A DNA stretch of 64,000 nt from a virus. Made by a program: the position numbers and the translations under genes. The stretch spans positions 1 to 64,000 of the IMG/VR virus record IMGVR_UViG_3300021512_000004; one strand, written 5' to 3'. Shown one piece after another: positions 37,885 through 48,301 of this stretch (its first letter is position 1; the number at the start of each line of letters is the position of its first letter). The notes under the pieces were generated by a model. It was not told the DNA's origin. It ran no database searches and saw only the letters and a program-made list of their open reading frames with translations.

Positions 37885-38646
37885 ATGAAAACTACAAATG
37901 AAATTTCAAAATCAATTGACAATTCAAAAACAGACAAGAAGGCAAGTAAAATGATTGATATTAAAACACTGGAAAAAAGTTTTAAATCTGCCCAACTATC
38001 CGCAATAAAAGAGGGAAAACAAACTCCCCTTTTCAAATCATTGGTAGGATTAGAAAACAGTTATGGAAAAGTTTTAAACTCTGTTAGGGAATACGTATCT
38101 CAAATTGAAAAAACAAAACAGGGCAAGCCATGCCTAGCATCTACCAAAAAATCTATTGCTCAAGTTTTGACCGTCATGGATGCGTACCACCTTTACAGAA
38201 TCGCGCCTCATGGTAGCCAGTCAACCCGCCACGCTCCCAATGGTATCCTTCAAAATGTCAAGCGAGAAGTACAAAAAATATTTTCCAATGACCAATACGC
38301 TGTATTGATCGAAAAACCCAGAGGCAAGGCCCACGCTTTCAAAATGGTAAAATCTTCTCCTGTAGTGGTAGGTATCACTGCCAAGGCTAAGGGCCAGCAA
38401 ATTGTAAGCGTTCCCACTGATATTGATACACCTAGCGCCAAGGCAAAGGGAAAGACAAAAGACAACGCCAAGGCTGAAGGGTTGTCACAGGTAGAACAGG
38501 CGGCGCTAATCAATGAACTAGAGCCGGTCGAATTATCAAACGCTGAAAAGCAGGCCCTAGTGTCTGAACTGGTTAAAAAGGTAGGTATTAAGTTTGCAAT
38601 GGATACCTTGCTAAGTATGGCTGAACAGGAAGCACTAGCCAACTAA
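37885..38646 (+). CDS. Hypothetical Lys-rich early protein
   Basis: AAGGTGA RBS before the ATG at 37885; followed by a terminator. Confidence 0.65.
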   Translation: MKTTNEISKSIDNSKTDKKASKMIDIKTLEKSFKSAQLSAIKEGKQTPLFKSLVGLENSYGKVLNSVREYVSQIEKTKQGKPCLASTKKSIAQVLTVMDAYHLYRIAPHGSQSTRHAPNGILQNVKREVQKIFSNDQYAVLIEKPRGKAHAFKMVKSSPVVVGITAKAKGQQIVSVPTDIDTPSAKAKGKTKDNAKAEGLSQVEQAALINELEPVELSNAEKQALVSELVKKVGIKFAMDTLLSMAEQEALAN

Positions 38647-38664
38647 ACCCAATCCACATAGAAA

Positions 38665-38694
38665 CCAGCGAGGGCTTGGCCCTCGCTGGCTTTT
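38665..38694 (+). terminator. Intrinsic terminator
   Basis: CCAGCGAGGGC-TTG-GCCCTCGCTGG followed by CTTTT. Confidence 0.7.
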
Positions 38695-38822
38695 CCGTGC
38701 GCCTTAATTTTGACTTTGTGCGAATTCACACAGCTTCACTAACCCATTCTATGGGGGAGGGCATACCTTTGCGCCTTAATTTTGAGTTTGTGTGAATTCA
38801 CACAAACTCAGAGGAGAATCTT

Positions 38823-39080
38823 ATGTTAGGAAAGATAACTAGACAAAACTTGATTGATTATGGGTTTGACCTTCAAAAAGAGACACCCATACGAATCCCA
38901 GCCCTAAAAGCCCTAAAAGGCCATTACCCACTAACCAGAGAGCTGATAGGCATGGAATTTTCGACCGTGGCCGAATCTTTGGCAGTAACCTTACTGTATA
39001 AGGCTAGCGAAGCCATGACGGCCATTAGAAAGGCTTATTGTCAGGGTTTGGTTCAAGGTCGAGTAATGGCTTTACTGTGA
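38823..39080 (+). CDS. Hypothetical protein
   Basis: GAGGAG RBS. Confidence 0.6.
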   Translation: MLGKITRQNLIDYGFDLQKETPIRIPALKALKGHYPLTRELIGMEFSTVAESLAVTLLYKASEAMTAIRKAYCQGLVQGRVMALL

Positions 39081-39316
39081 AAGTAGTCATCAGATACTGC
39101 CAACTATACAAGCTTTGGTACATCTGCCACGCAAAAAGCTATCAAAACGCTTTCAGAAATTCCTGTAATGGCTATTCGTCCAGAGATAAGGCGGCAGAAT
39201 TTGCAGAAGGCAAGGGTTGCGTCGTGGTAAAACACGGTTACGACCGCTCACAAGATTTTTGACTTTGACTCTTGTGTGAATTCACACAAGAGTCAAACCA
39301 CTTAAAAGGAATCACC

Positions 39317-39553
39317 ATGAAATACAAAAACGATAAAGAGCTGAAGTTAAGTATCGCCAACAAAGTAAGAGCGTTCCACGCAGGGAGAGATCTGGTCAGA
39401 CAACTGCCCAGGTCGGCCTGGAGACAAGCCGAACATACGGCCCAGCATTCAAAGTTTGGATCAGAATCTATGCACCTTGGCATGTTGTCAGCTATTCGTG
39501 AGGTTCCGGCAAGGTTTGTTGGTAGGGATTTAACCCCTTGTACGGGCCGGTAG
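39317..39553 (+). CDS. Hypothetical protein
   Basis: AAGGA RBS before the ATG at 39317. Confidence 0.55.
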   Translation: MKYKNDKELKLSIANKVRAFHAGRDLVRQLPRSAWRQAEHTAQHSKFGSESMHLGMLSAIREVPARFVGRDLTPCTGR

Positions 39554-40392
39554 GGAGGTTTTGGCAGGGAAGGCTACACTTTACCTTGATTGCGGACAAA
39601 GAGGGCAGGAGCGAGGAGAATAGTGGCAGGGAGCTCGTCTGACAGAAGGAAGGGCTGCGCAGCAAAATACCCCTATTCTTAATACTCTTCTTTACTATAT
39701 ATAATAATAATAATATTAATATATATATAAGTATAAGGAATATCATTCTTAAAGTCATTAAGGGGGTCTTTTTTGAGGGGGGGTCGATCCGGCTAAGAGA
39801 GGTCGCTGTTGTCTTCGTTTTGGCGAGTAAAACAGCCCCAGCCCCTAGCCCGTTCGACCCCATTTTTTGACCAAAACTATTAATAATCGCAAGACTATGT
39901 GGAATAGGTTCAAGACCCTTCCCTTTAGGCTTGCAGGAGCAAGCCTATCAGCCCTGTAAACAAATGTCAATTCAATACTAATACTCAATACTCGACCTGT
40001 AAAACGCATACTAAAAAAGCAAAATTTACGACTATGCCTTAATTTACAAAATACGCACTATTAACCTAACGGGGGAAACTATTAACTTCCTGAAAAACTA
40101 TAAAATCCAGTAGTTGGGAGTATGCACTATGCCTCCTTTTTTTGAAAAAGAGTAAGTCATTGATTATGAAGAATAAAATTTTATGGGAATGGAGGGCTTT
40201 TCTTTTTTGCCTAAGGTGGCGTGGCCACCTTAACATGCCAGATTCCTCCTGTCAATCGCAACAAAACCCTGGCAAACGTACTCACCTGCATAAATATGTT
40301 AATAACTTTGCCGATACAGGCATCATTAACCCTGAAAGATCTCTATAAGGGAGAATAATGCCCGTATCTTTACGTTTAGGGGTAAATATACC

Positions 40393-40460
40393 TATTGTGT
40401 CTCTTATGTCTCTTGTGTGAATTCACACAAAGTCACACAAGAGACATAAGAGACACAATA
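40393..40460. repeat. Inverted repeat with 28-bp arms enclosing a copy of the palindromic motif
   Basis: TATTGTGTCTCTTATGTCTCTTGTGTGA ... TCACACAAGAGACATAAGAGACACAATA. Confidence 0.9.
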
Positions 40461-40483
40461 ATCTCAACTAAGGAGTACCAACA

Positions 40484-40720
40484 ATGTCTAACCACTTCAG
40501 ATACGCAATGTTAACTTCAGACTCATGCGAGTTGTTTTCCAGCTCCAGGAGTGCTCTACACGCCAAACACGCCCTCTTGGAAGACTTACCCTTAGGGTGG
40601 GAGGGGGAAATACCCACCTCCCCCTCCCACCCTAAAAATCAGACTTTCGAGGTGCAGGTCTGGAGAATCACCCCTGCAAATGCCCACCATGAAATGATCA
40701 AAAAATACGAGGTACATTGA
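40484..40720 (+). CDS. Hypothetical protein
   Basis: AAGGAG RBS. Confidence 0.6.
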   Translation: MSNHFRYAMLTSDSCELFSSSRSALHAKHALLEDLPLGWEGEIPTSPSHPKNQTFEVQVWRITPANAHHEMIKKYEVH

Positions 40721-40721
40721 A

Positions 40722-41000
40722 ATGGATATCAATATGAAAGTAAAACTCGACATCTGGGTAAGCTCAGACTCAGACCCAGACTCAGGCCACGTTCACTTTT
40801 TCACCTCTAAGCGAATGGATAAAGACACAGAAAACTGGTACAGGGGTCGAGGCAATATGAAAGTTGGCGAGGCTGTGGTAGACCTGACCGACTACTACGC
40901 CACCTGCGCAGATTCGAAAGCTCAGACTCTTAAGGCGAGAGAGTCCGACCTGAGGAAATTGCTTGAGGATGTTCAACGGCAGATTAGTGAAGAAGCCTAA
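40722..41000 (+). CDS. Hypothetical protein
   Basis: GAGG RBS; in the operon. Confidence 0.55.
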   Translation: MDINMKVKLDIWVSSDSDPDSGHVHFFTSKRMDKDTENWYRGRGNMKVGEAVVDLTDYYATCADSKAQTLKARESDLRKLLEDVQRQISEEA

Positions 41001-41409
41001 ACTCTCAATCTCTGAGCTGAGTGGCAGTCGCAGGAACTGGCAATGCAACCTGTTAATAGGTAGAAAGCCTGTGGCCAAAGTATTTGGCCCCCCTCTGACC
41101 TATCGGCTCAAGTCCTATGCCACGCAGGAACTGGCGGAATCTCTCGGCCCTATGTCTGAGGAGGAGTTTGAGGCGACGCTATCCCGCCTGGTAGAGACAG
41201 AGTTCTTATGGAAGAGGTTTCCCGGCTATCTAAACCGAACAACGGTAGGCCGTCATGGTTTAGGCTATATGGAGTGGAAGCGTCCGAGAGATAAGTTACG
41301 CCAGATCCTCCAGCAAGCCACTCTGTCCAGGCAGTACCCGGGTATTATTTTTTTGAATAATATGCGAGTGGACGTCGCCTTCCAGCACTATCTACAACGG
41401 ATGCTTTGA
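40963..41409 (+). CDS. Hypothetical protein
   Basis: ORF in the operon; start uncertain. Confidence 0.5.
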   Translation: MRMFNGRLVKKPKLSISELSGSRRNWQCNLLIGRKPVAKVFGPPLTYRLKSYATQELAESLGPMSEEEFEATLSRLVETEFLWKRFPGYLNRTTVGRHGLGYMEWKRPRDKLRQILQQATLSRQYPGIIFLNNMRVDVAFQHYLQRML

Positions 41410-41465
41410 CACGGCCTTTGTGTGAATTCACACAAAGTCACACAAATCAAAAGAGGACTAAAACC

Positions 41466-41777
41466 ATGAGTGACTATCTGAAATACACATTGTTAAGTAT
41501 TGACGCATGGCGCAGCGGACAAGGCGGATGGGATTGGAACAATTGGCACAGGCTGGAGGAGGACATCTATATTGCTCCAGACCTGTCTAACCGAGCATTA
41601 ATTAAATTTTTTAGGGATGATCTGAACCTGATCAATGATAAATCAAAGGGCAAAGTGTCCATTGAGGATGACGATTACAATATCATTCTGCAAATTAGGC
41701 AGACTGGCGAACCTATATACGCCCTCTGCTACGGGATGCACGATAGAGAGGAATCAAAAAATGAAATTCATAATTGA
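41466..41777 (+). CDS. Hypothetical protein
   Basis: GAGGA RBS; LSIDAW...GWDWNNW motif. Confidence 0.6.
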   Translation: MSDYLKYTLLSIDAWRSGQGGWDWNNWHRLEEDIYIAPDLSNRALIKFFRDDLNLINDKSKGKVSIEDDDYNIILQIRQTGEPIYALCYGMHDREESKNEIHN

Positions 41778-42471
41778 ATTTAAAGACACCATCCCGTACA
41801 TCTGTCCTGAGTTTTCTAGTGTTGTAGGCGAATCAATTTGGACGTACTTCTGCTTGAATGATTCTGGAGTAACTGCGTTGTATTATGCTGATGAACTAGA
41901 AAGCGCCTTGGACAAGGTTAAACGTAATAAAAATATCGACTTGCGAAAAACGCTAGAAGATTCGGAGGAATACGATAAAAGCTGGATTCTAAACGCTGCG
42001 CACGAAGCGGCAGTGGAAAGCAATGTTTATGACTATATAAAAGCAGCATTCGAGGATATGCGATTTTTTAAGCATTTCGTAGATATAGATGGGAAAGATT
42101 GCGAATTTTACGAGTCAACTGGAGCGCGTTTTAACGTAACAATAGTCAAATGCTTGAAATACAGTTTTGACAAAAATCCAGGCCGTGATGATTGGGAGCA
42201 TCAAGGGCAAACTAAAGGCGAATACTGTTTAGATATGTATCTTGAGGAAGAAGTGGATGAGTATAAAATTGACTCGGGCAATCTATTTAATAATTCGGAA
42301 CCCTGCTACCGAAAGGTAGAGGAGAACATCCACACCTTGCTGATTGACTACACGCTGGGCGAATACACAAACAAGAAAACCAACTATTTCAATAAGTTGA
42401 AAGCATTGATCCGAGCGCACGTGCCGATCTCGTCCAGACCTGCAATTCTTAAAAACATTGTCTACATTTAG
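41761..42471 (+). CDS. Hypothetical acidic protein
   Basis: GAGGA RBS before the ATG at 41761. Confidence 0.6.
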   Translation: MKFIIEFKDTIPYICPEFSSVVGESIWTYFCLNDSGVTALYYADELESALDKVKRNKNIDLRKTLEDSEEYDKSWILNAAHEAAVESNVYDYIKAAFEDMRFFKHFVDIDGKDCEFYESTGARFNVTIVKCLKYSFDKNPGRDDWEHQGQTKGEYCLDMYLEEEVDEYKIDSGNLFNNSEPCYRKVEENIHTLLIDYTLGEYTNKKTNYFNKLKALIRAHVPISSRPAILKNIVYI

Positions 42472-42704
42472 GCTAACCTTTGTGTGAATTCACACAAAGT
42501 AGATAACTAATTAATCAAAGGAACTAACAGGATGAATAATTTACTGACACTGTTGGCTAGTGTCTGGAATGCAGATAATCTGCCAAAAGGAAGGGCCAAG
42601 AAGGATGGTAAGTGCTTGTATTGTGGCAAGCCTCATAATCACAACAATAGTTTTTGCTCGGCCAGTTGCTGCAAAGCATTCAAGACCAATAAAAGGACTA
42701 AATC

Positions 42705-43094
42705 ATGAACAACTACAGCGTAACCTCAGCTCAAACCGCTATCTTTGACAAGTACGGCACGTTCTTCGCCTTCTCTGCGGGGCAGCTGAATAAAGGAAAA
42801 AAGGAGGGAGTGAAGTACGAGAGCGGCCCTGGAGGGATGGTTTCCCCTGTCGGAACAGTTCGAAAAGTTTATCAAGAGTTGGGAGAACTCAATGATAAAA
42901 AGGTGAAGTACGAGTTGGAAAACAACTCAATCAAAGATCTGATATGGGACTCGCTCGCTAACTACGAATGTCAGATAACTGGGGATTGGGACGATGCCGT
43001 GGAAGCTTTGGAGGAGTATGGCATAACGGCTGATCAGGTAAAGGCGGAGTACCCTGCCTATTTCCAGCATTGCTGCGACAACGATTATTTCTAA
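42705..43094 (+). CDS. Conserved hypothetical phage protein
   Basis: FFAFS..Q and LANYECQITGD motifs; AGGA RBS. Confidence 0.65.
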   Translation: MNNYSVTSAQTAIFDKYGTFFAFSAGQLNKGKKEGVKYESGPGGMVSPVGTVRKVYQELGELNDKKVKYELENNSIKDLIWDSLANYECQITGDWDDAVEALEEYGITADQVKAEYPAYFQHCCDNDYF

Positions 43095-43112
43095 GAGAAT
43101 CAAGGAGTTAGG

Positions 43113-43826
43113 ATGATGAACATAGGTGAATACAAGATATCAGTAATGGCAGACCCTGATCCGGTCGATCCTAGGGCGAAGACCCAAATGATCAGCGTTC
43201 ATTTGGCAGACACCCCTCAGGCTAAGTGGGGCTTTCCAATAACTGTGGAAGAGTACCTGTCAGAAGGGAAGGCGTACCAAGAGTTTGACGCAAATTACTA
43301 TCACCTGAAGGTTTATCAGTACCCAGAAGGTTACAGTAAGGCTATCAGTATTGTGTTCCTTCCATTCGCGTCCTCGTTGACAGGGGTCGCCTTCTCCCGC
43401 AAAAAGTACTGGCGGGGCGATTCTGCCTCCAGACTAGCCTATGTCAACATGAAGGAACTTGTAAAACAACTATCCTGCTACATCAAAAAGGAGGTTTATG
43501 GGTATACCGTTTCTCGCCAGGACGCTGACCAATCAAGCCCCCCACTTGCCTCTGAATGGGGTTTTTACGACGAGGATGAGGCAAGACAAGATGCACTGAA
43601 TTTCGGACTGGAGCAGGCGAAATCTAAACATAAAGAGACCAACCCGGAAGGGTGGAACACCTCTACCCTTCCAAAAGATACTACCCAGCTCTACCTGCTC
43701 TCCATAAATGGAGGGTATGAATTAGCATACTGGAACGACGCTGGACAATATTGGGACAGTCCCTACGGCTCAGCCATGCTAAATAGTGAAATTGACGGGT
43801 GGCGCACCCTTCCTGACCATCCGTAA
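43113..43826 (+). CDS. Hypothetical protein
   Basis: AAGGAG RBS; EVYGY..WGFY motif. Confidence 0.6.
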   Translation: MMNIGEYKISVMADPDPVDPRAKTQMISVHLADTPQAKWGFPITVEEYLSEGKAYQEFDANYYHLKVYQYPEGYSKAISIVFLPFASSLTGVAFSRKKYWRGDSASRLAYVNMKELVKQLSCYIKKEVYGYTVSRQDADQSSPPLASEWGFYDEDEARQDALNFGLEQAKSKHKETNPEGWNTSTLPKDTTQLYLLSINGGYELAYWNDAGQYWDSPYGSAMLNSEIDGWRTLPDHP

Positions 43827-43937
43827 TCTTTGTTTGACTTTGTGTGAATTCACACAAGTAAAGAAGTAACTTTTGATTTGCCTTCCGAAAACAGACTCGG
43901 AAGGCAAATCCCAACAAAATCAAGAGGTTAAAACGAA

Positions 43938-44519
43938 ATGCAAATACATGTTAATGACTTAAAAGCAGCTCTACACACTTGCGCGAAAAATGACGTTCGT
44001 TATTACTTAAATGGCGTTCTAATAAAGGCGGAAAACGGCAAGTTGGCTATCGTGTCAACGGATGGAAGCATTCTTTACTACTCCTGTAATCCGGTAGGGG
44101 ATTGTGAAGACTGTGAAATTATCATCCCAAGTGACGCAGTGAAGATGGCCACAACGAGCCTTCTTAAACACCAGGAGTATGTCGAATTCAGCCCTACAGC
44201 CAACACTTTAGGCCAGGTCACATTCAGCCCTGTAGCGGGGGAATATCCATATTACAAGAGTGTAATTCCGAAGCCATATGACATCTCTGAAGACAACAAA
44301 TCAGCAGATAGGTTTGACCCTCGTCTGCTGATGAGGGCGCATAAAGCTCTGGCTGCAAGTAACGGAGCTTCAGCCAACAAATGTCTTCCCTACCCTCTGC
44401 GTCACAACAAATTAAGCCATGGGGCGGCAATTATGCAGGGGAAAGATACCTCAAGATTCGTAATCGTCATGCCATATAAGGCAAAAGACATTAAGCCGTT
44501 TTTAGGTGTGGAGGTTTAG
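43938..44519 (+). CDS. DNA polymerase III beta-clamp-like protein (single module)
   Basis: A.NDVRYYLNGV, VSTDG, G.YP.Y..VIP and VIVMP motifs. Confidence 0.7.
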   Translation: MQIHVNDLKAALHTCAKNDVRYYLNGVLIKAENGKLAIVSTDGSILYYSCNPVGDCEDCEIIIPSDAVKMATTSLLKHQEYVEFSPTANTLGQVTFSPVAGEYPYYKSVIPKPYDISEDNKSADRFDPRLLMRAHKALAASNGASANKCLPYPLRHNKLSHGAAIMQGKDTSRFVIVMPYKAKDIKPFLGVEV

Positions 44520-44521
44520 AT

Positions 44522-44785
44522 ATGAATTTTGCTAAAGAGATAATCAGAAGGGCGTTTTTAGAAGGGTATGAGTGCCGAGTTGATGACGGGGATGGGGTGC
44601 CTAGAAGGTACGAAGACTTTCTCCAAACCTGGGAAGCAGTGACATCAGTGTGCGAAGCTCAGGTGTACATAAACACAGAACGTCGGACTGAAAGAATGTA
44701 TGTAGTTAACAGCGTAAAGCCAGAGGAAACCGCAGCTGACTTCTCCGGTGATGGTTTTATTGAAGCGGTCTGGGATGAACTCTAG
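44522..44785 (+). CDS. Hypothetical protein
   Basis: GGAGG RBS. Confidence 0.55.
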   Translation: MNFAKEIIRRAFLEGYECRVDDGDGVPRRYEDFLQTWEAVTSVCEAQVYINTERRTERMYVVNSVKPEETAADFSGDGFIEAVWDEL

Positions 44786-44799
44786 GAGGGGAAACTACC

Positions 44800-45252
44800 A
44801 TGTGTGAATTCACACAAACAGAGAAAGAAGTAATAAAGCAAGCCATGTCCATTATGGAAAAGGCTCTGAAGACCCACGAATTCCAAGCATCTGACATAGG
44901 GACAGTCAAACAGTTCTGCCAAGCAAAGTTAGTAGACGCTTTGGATGAGCAGTTCTGCTGTCTGTTTCTTAACTCTAAATACGAACTGATGAAATTCGAA
45001 GTTCTATTTAAGGGGACAATTGACTCCTCATCAGTCCACCCAAGGGTAGTAGTACGAAAGGCGCTAGAGTTGAACGCAGCTGCGATAATCTTCTGCCACA
45101 ATCACCCCTCTGGGAACTCAGAGCCAAGTCCAGCAGACCAGGAGATAACTAAGAGGCTGAAGGACATCTTGAAGGTAGTAGATGTTCGATTTCTAGACCA
45201 CATAATAGTGGGAAGCGTGGCTGTATCTATGGCAGAGCTTGGCTTAATTTAA
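44800..45252 (+). CDS. RadC-like JAB-domain protein
   Basis: E.F.CLFLN, LFKGTID...VHPR, HNHPSG..EPS.AD and LDHIIVG motifs. Confidence 0.9.
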   Translation: MCEFTQTEKEVIKQAMSIMEKALKTHEFQASDIGTVKQFCQAKLVDALDEQFCCLFLNSKYELMKFEVLFKGTIDSSSVHPRVVVRKALELNAAAIIFCHNHPSGNSEPSPADQEITKRLKDILKVVDVRFLDHIIVGSVAVSMAELGLI

Positions 45253-45272
45253 TTTAATGTGAGGGGTTAAGC

Positions 45273-46001
45273 ATGAAAAAATCAGTATTAGCAAGAGAAC
45301 AAAAGAAAGAGTTTAGATTCACCAGGCAAACCAAAGAATATGGATTGGTTGATATTATTCTGAACTTAAGATACGACGATGAGGGTGGGAACAGTCACAA
45401 CTCCTTTTCGATAACTGCAGCAGTCCATAAGGGAGGTAAAAATTATTCTGGGCATTCCTTAATTGCCTGTGGAGTTTTTACGAAATTTATCAAACACAAT
45501 CTACCAGACTTCGCCTATCTTTCAAAGTGGCACTGGATGACGAGTGAGGGGCCGCTTCACTACATTGCTAACACGCAGTATCACGCTTCTGACAAGGACT
45601 GCCACGGCTTAAGGAAGGGAGAATATTCTGCTTACGTCATTAAAGTAATGTGCAATATAGGCAAAGAAGAAGAGGAGGTGCAGGTTTATGAGAGTGGGAC
45701 AATGTACACAAACCCGCAGGGAAATGAAAATCTGGAAAGTAGCAACGCTAAGGAACAGTTGAAAGTAGAGGAAATGGTTCAGAGGATAAAGCCAGAACTA
45801 AATCCAAGATTGGTTAAAGTGCCCTTAGAAGGGTCTATTAGCGACGGGAAAGAGGTTGATGTTGAGGCTGCGAGAGACTCCGCTATCTGGCCAGAAGCCT
45901 CCCTGGATCAGTTAAGGGATGAAGGGGCATTGAAAAGGAGACTGCCGCAGCTAATTTCAGACTTTGCCGCAGATATGGGGAAGTTGGGCTTCACTTTCTG
46001 A
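45273..46001 (+). CDS. Hypothetical protein
   Basis: GAGG RBS; KWH.....GP.HY.ANT.YH motif. Confidence 0.6.
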   Translation: MKKSVLAREQKKEFRFTRQTKEYGLVDIILNLRYDDEGGNSHNSFSITAAVHKGGKNYSGHSLIACGVFTKFIKHNLPDFAYLSKWHWMTSEGPLHYIANTQYHASDKDCHGLRKGEYSAYVIKVMCNIGKEEEEVQVYESGTMYTNPQGNENLESSNAKEQLKVEEMVQRIKPELNPRLVKVPLEGSISDGKEVDVEAARDSAIWPEASLDQLRDEGALKRRLPQLISDFAADMGKLGFTF

Positions 46002-46014
46002 AGGAGAAACAAAG

Positions 46015-46311
46015 ATGAAAAACGAACCAGGTCTAGTATGCAAAGAAGACAAATTCTCAGATTTTATATCATTCCTCCTGGCCAAGGATAAGGTCGTAAA
46101 GTCCTTGGTGGAAAGCGGGAATCACGAGGCTGCAGAGAGGGTTCGCAGCAGCTCTGTGTATATTGAGATTGATGGAACTCCCACCAGGATTGGAACTGTT
46201 AGAGGGCTGATGAGCCGAAGCATCAGATCGCTGGAACTACTGCACAACGCCGTTACAGACAGGAGGATTAACCCGGAAAATGGGGCGGTGCTACGCCCAG
46301 TAGAGGACTAA
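46015..46311 (+). CDS. Hypothetical protein
   Basis: AAGGAG RBS before MKNEPG. Confidence 0.55.
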   Translation: MKNEPGLVCKEDKFSDFISFLLAKDKVVKSLVESGNHEAAERVRSSSVYIEIDGTPTRIGTVRGLMSRSIRSLELLHNAVTDRRINPENGAVLRPVED

Positions 46312-46312
46312 C

Positions 46313-46546
46313 TTGAGTCAATCAAAGATCCAATCCTTAGTAGAATCGACAGTAAACGTGTTAGTAGGTTTCTGGGTGGCTGTAGCTTCGCAGGTAGTCA
46401 TATTTCCTTACTTTGGGATACAGACAAGCCTGACCTCAAACTTAGGCATAGCTGCCTGGTTTACTCTAATCAGCATACTGCGAAGCTACCTCCTGAGAAG
46501 GTTTTTTAACGCAAGATTAAAGAGAAAGTACAATGAAACCATTTAA
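46313..46546 (+). CDS. Small conserved phage membrane protein
   Basis: QS..QSL.E...NV.VGF and S..RSY..RR.FN motifs; 2 TM segments. Confidence 0.65.
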   Translation: MSQSKIQSLVESTVNVLVGFWVAVASQVVIFPYFGIQTSLTSNLGIAAWFTLISILRSYLLRRFFNARLKRKYNETI

Positions 46547-46778
46547 ATACAACATAGGTGAAAAGCTCTACATCGGAGGTCTCAGTAAGAAGTATAAATT
46601 GGCAAACCCATTTATTGTTGGTAAGCGCAAAAGGGAGATCATAAAACTCCTGGTTGACGGTGAGATCGTAGAGTCTGAACACCTCCAATACTGCCCTGAC
46701 CCGGATGAATTTGCTCAGGTTTGGTATGGTATGGCGAGGAAGCATTGACAAAAAACGTGGAATCTGGAGCTTATTAAC

Positions 46779-47867
46779 ATGCAAATAAGACTGTTCAAAA
46801 ATCATAACTCGACAATAGGGTACTGGGAGTGCTGGACAACTTCAGAAGGGGTTGTGCATTCAAAATGGGCAACCTCCCTAACCGGGAAGCCCACCTGCTA
46901 TCAATATAGGGCCGAACCTATGAACGTAGGGAAAGCCAACGAAACAACTCCATTGGAGCAGGCCGAAAAAGAACTTTTAAGCGCCGTTAAGCGTAAAAAA
47001 GATAAAGGGTATGTGGATACTATGAAGGAAGCGGAACTGCCCTGTACAAACAGCCTTGGTCTATTGAAGCCTATGTTGGCCACTCCAATTAATAAAATCA
47101 AAGCGGAGAAAATAGATTGGAAAAACGCCTTTGTGCAGCCCAAACTGGACGGTCACAGGGCGCTGTACACAGACGGGATACTTTATAGCCGTACAGGTCA
47201 GGAGTTAAACCTACCCCATGTAGTAAAGGCCATTAAGGCCAGCGGCCTTGGCCACCTTCATTTGGACGGAGAGCTGTACATTCACGGGTACACCTTGCAA
47301 GAGCTAAGCTCCCTAATTAAAAAGCAACAGCATGGGACGCAGCATCTTGAGTATCATATTTACGATATAGTTAACGACAAACCGTTTGTAGACAGATATG
47401 CGGCCATAATATTGGCAGATACCTCCCACTCACACATTAAAGTAGTAGAGACTACAGTTATTACAGATAACTCCGGGTTAGTCACATTACATAAATCCCA
47501 TCTGTCCAATCACTATGAAGGAAGCATCTTACGTATGGGACGTAAAGGCTACCAGGACGGGAAACGCTCACGAAATTTATTAAAACTGAAAGAGTTTCAG
47601 GACGCCGAATTTGAAATCATTGGCGTAGAAAGCGGGAAGCCTCACATAGGAGCAGAGGGTACTTTCCAAGTTCCAATATGGAAATGCGCTGTAGGTAATG
47701 GAGAAACCTTTACGGTTACAGCGCAAGGTAAGAGACACGAAAAACATCAACTGCATGAAGAATCCGCACAGCATATTGGGAAAAAGCTGACCGTAAAGTA
47801 CCACTATTTGAGCAAGTTGGGAGTACCTCAGCTGCCAGTAGCGTTACGCTTTTTTGAGGGGTTGTAA
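46779..47867 (+). CDS. ATP-dependent DNA ligase
   Basis: PMLA, QPKLDGHRA (motif I), LDGELY, YEGSILR, LLKLK and P.LPV motifs. Confidence 0.92.
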   Translation: MQIRLFKNHNSTIGYWECWTTSEGVVHSKWATSLTGKPTCYQYRAEPMNVGKANETTPLEQAEKELLSAVKRKKDKGYVDTMKEAELPCTNSLGLLKPMLATPINKIKAEKIDWKNAFVQPKLDGHRALYTDGILYSRTGQELNLPHVVKAIKASGLGHLHLDGELYIHGYTLQELSSLIKKQQHGTQHLEYHIYDIVNDKPFVDRYAAIILADTSHSHIKVVETTVITDNSGLVTLHKSHLSNHYEGSILRMGRKGYQDGKRSRNLLKLKEFQDAEFEIIGVESGKPHIGAEGTFQVPIWKCAVGNGETFTVTAQGKRHEKHQLHEESAQHIGKKLTVKYHYLSKLGVPQLPVALRFFEGL

Positions 47868-48301
47868 TGGATAAATGGGACGAGCGTTTTTTAGATATGG
47901 CGGAGTTAGTCAGCACATGGTCGAAAGACCCTGCAGCGAAGGTAGGCGCAGTCATTGTAGACGCAAACCAGAGGATAATATCAACAGGCTTTAACGGACT
48001 TGCACGTAATGTTATAGATGCAGCCTCGCGCTATTCAGATAAAGCAATCAAACATCAAATAATATTACATGCAGAAAGTAATGCAATATTATTTGCTCAA
48101 CAATCTTTAGCAGGATGCACCATCTACACATCACCTCTGCCAACCTGCGCCCACTGCTCATCGCAAATCATACAAGTAGGTATCACCAGGGTAGTTTGCC
48201 GCCGATCAGATGTAAGTGATAAATGGGAATTGTCTGCTGAGCTGGCAAGAAATATGTACGAAGAAGCGGGAGTTATTTTCGATGACAACATATCGAGTTA
48301 G
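47867..48301 (+). CDS. dCMP deaminase
   Basis: SKDP...VGAVIV, GFNG, HAESNA and P.CAHC motifs. Confidence 0.92.
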   Translation: MDKWDERFLDMAELVSTWSKDPAAKVGAVIVDANQRIISTGFNGLARNVIDAASRYSDKAIKHQIILHAESNAILFAQQSLAGCTIYTSPLPTCAHCSSQIIQVGITRVVCRRSDVSDKWELSAELARNMYEEAGVIFDDNISS

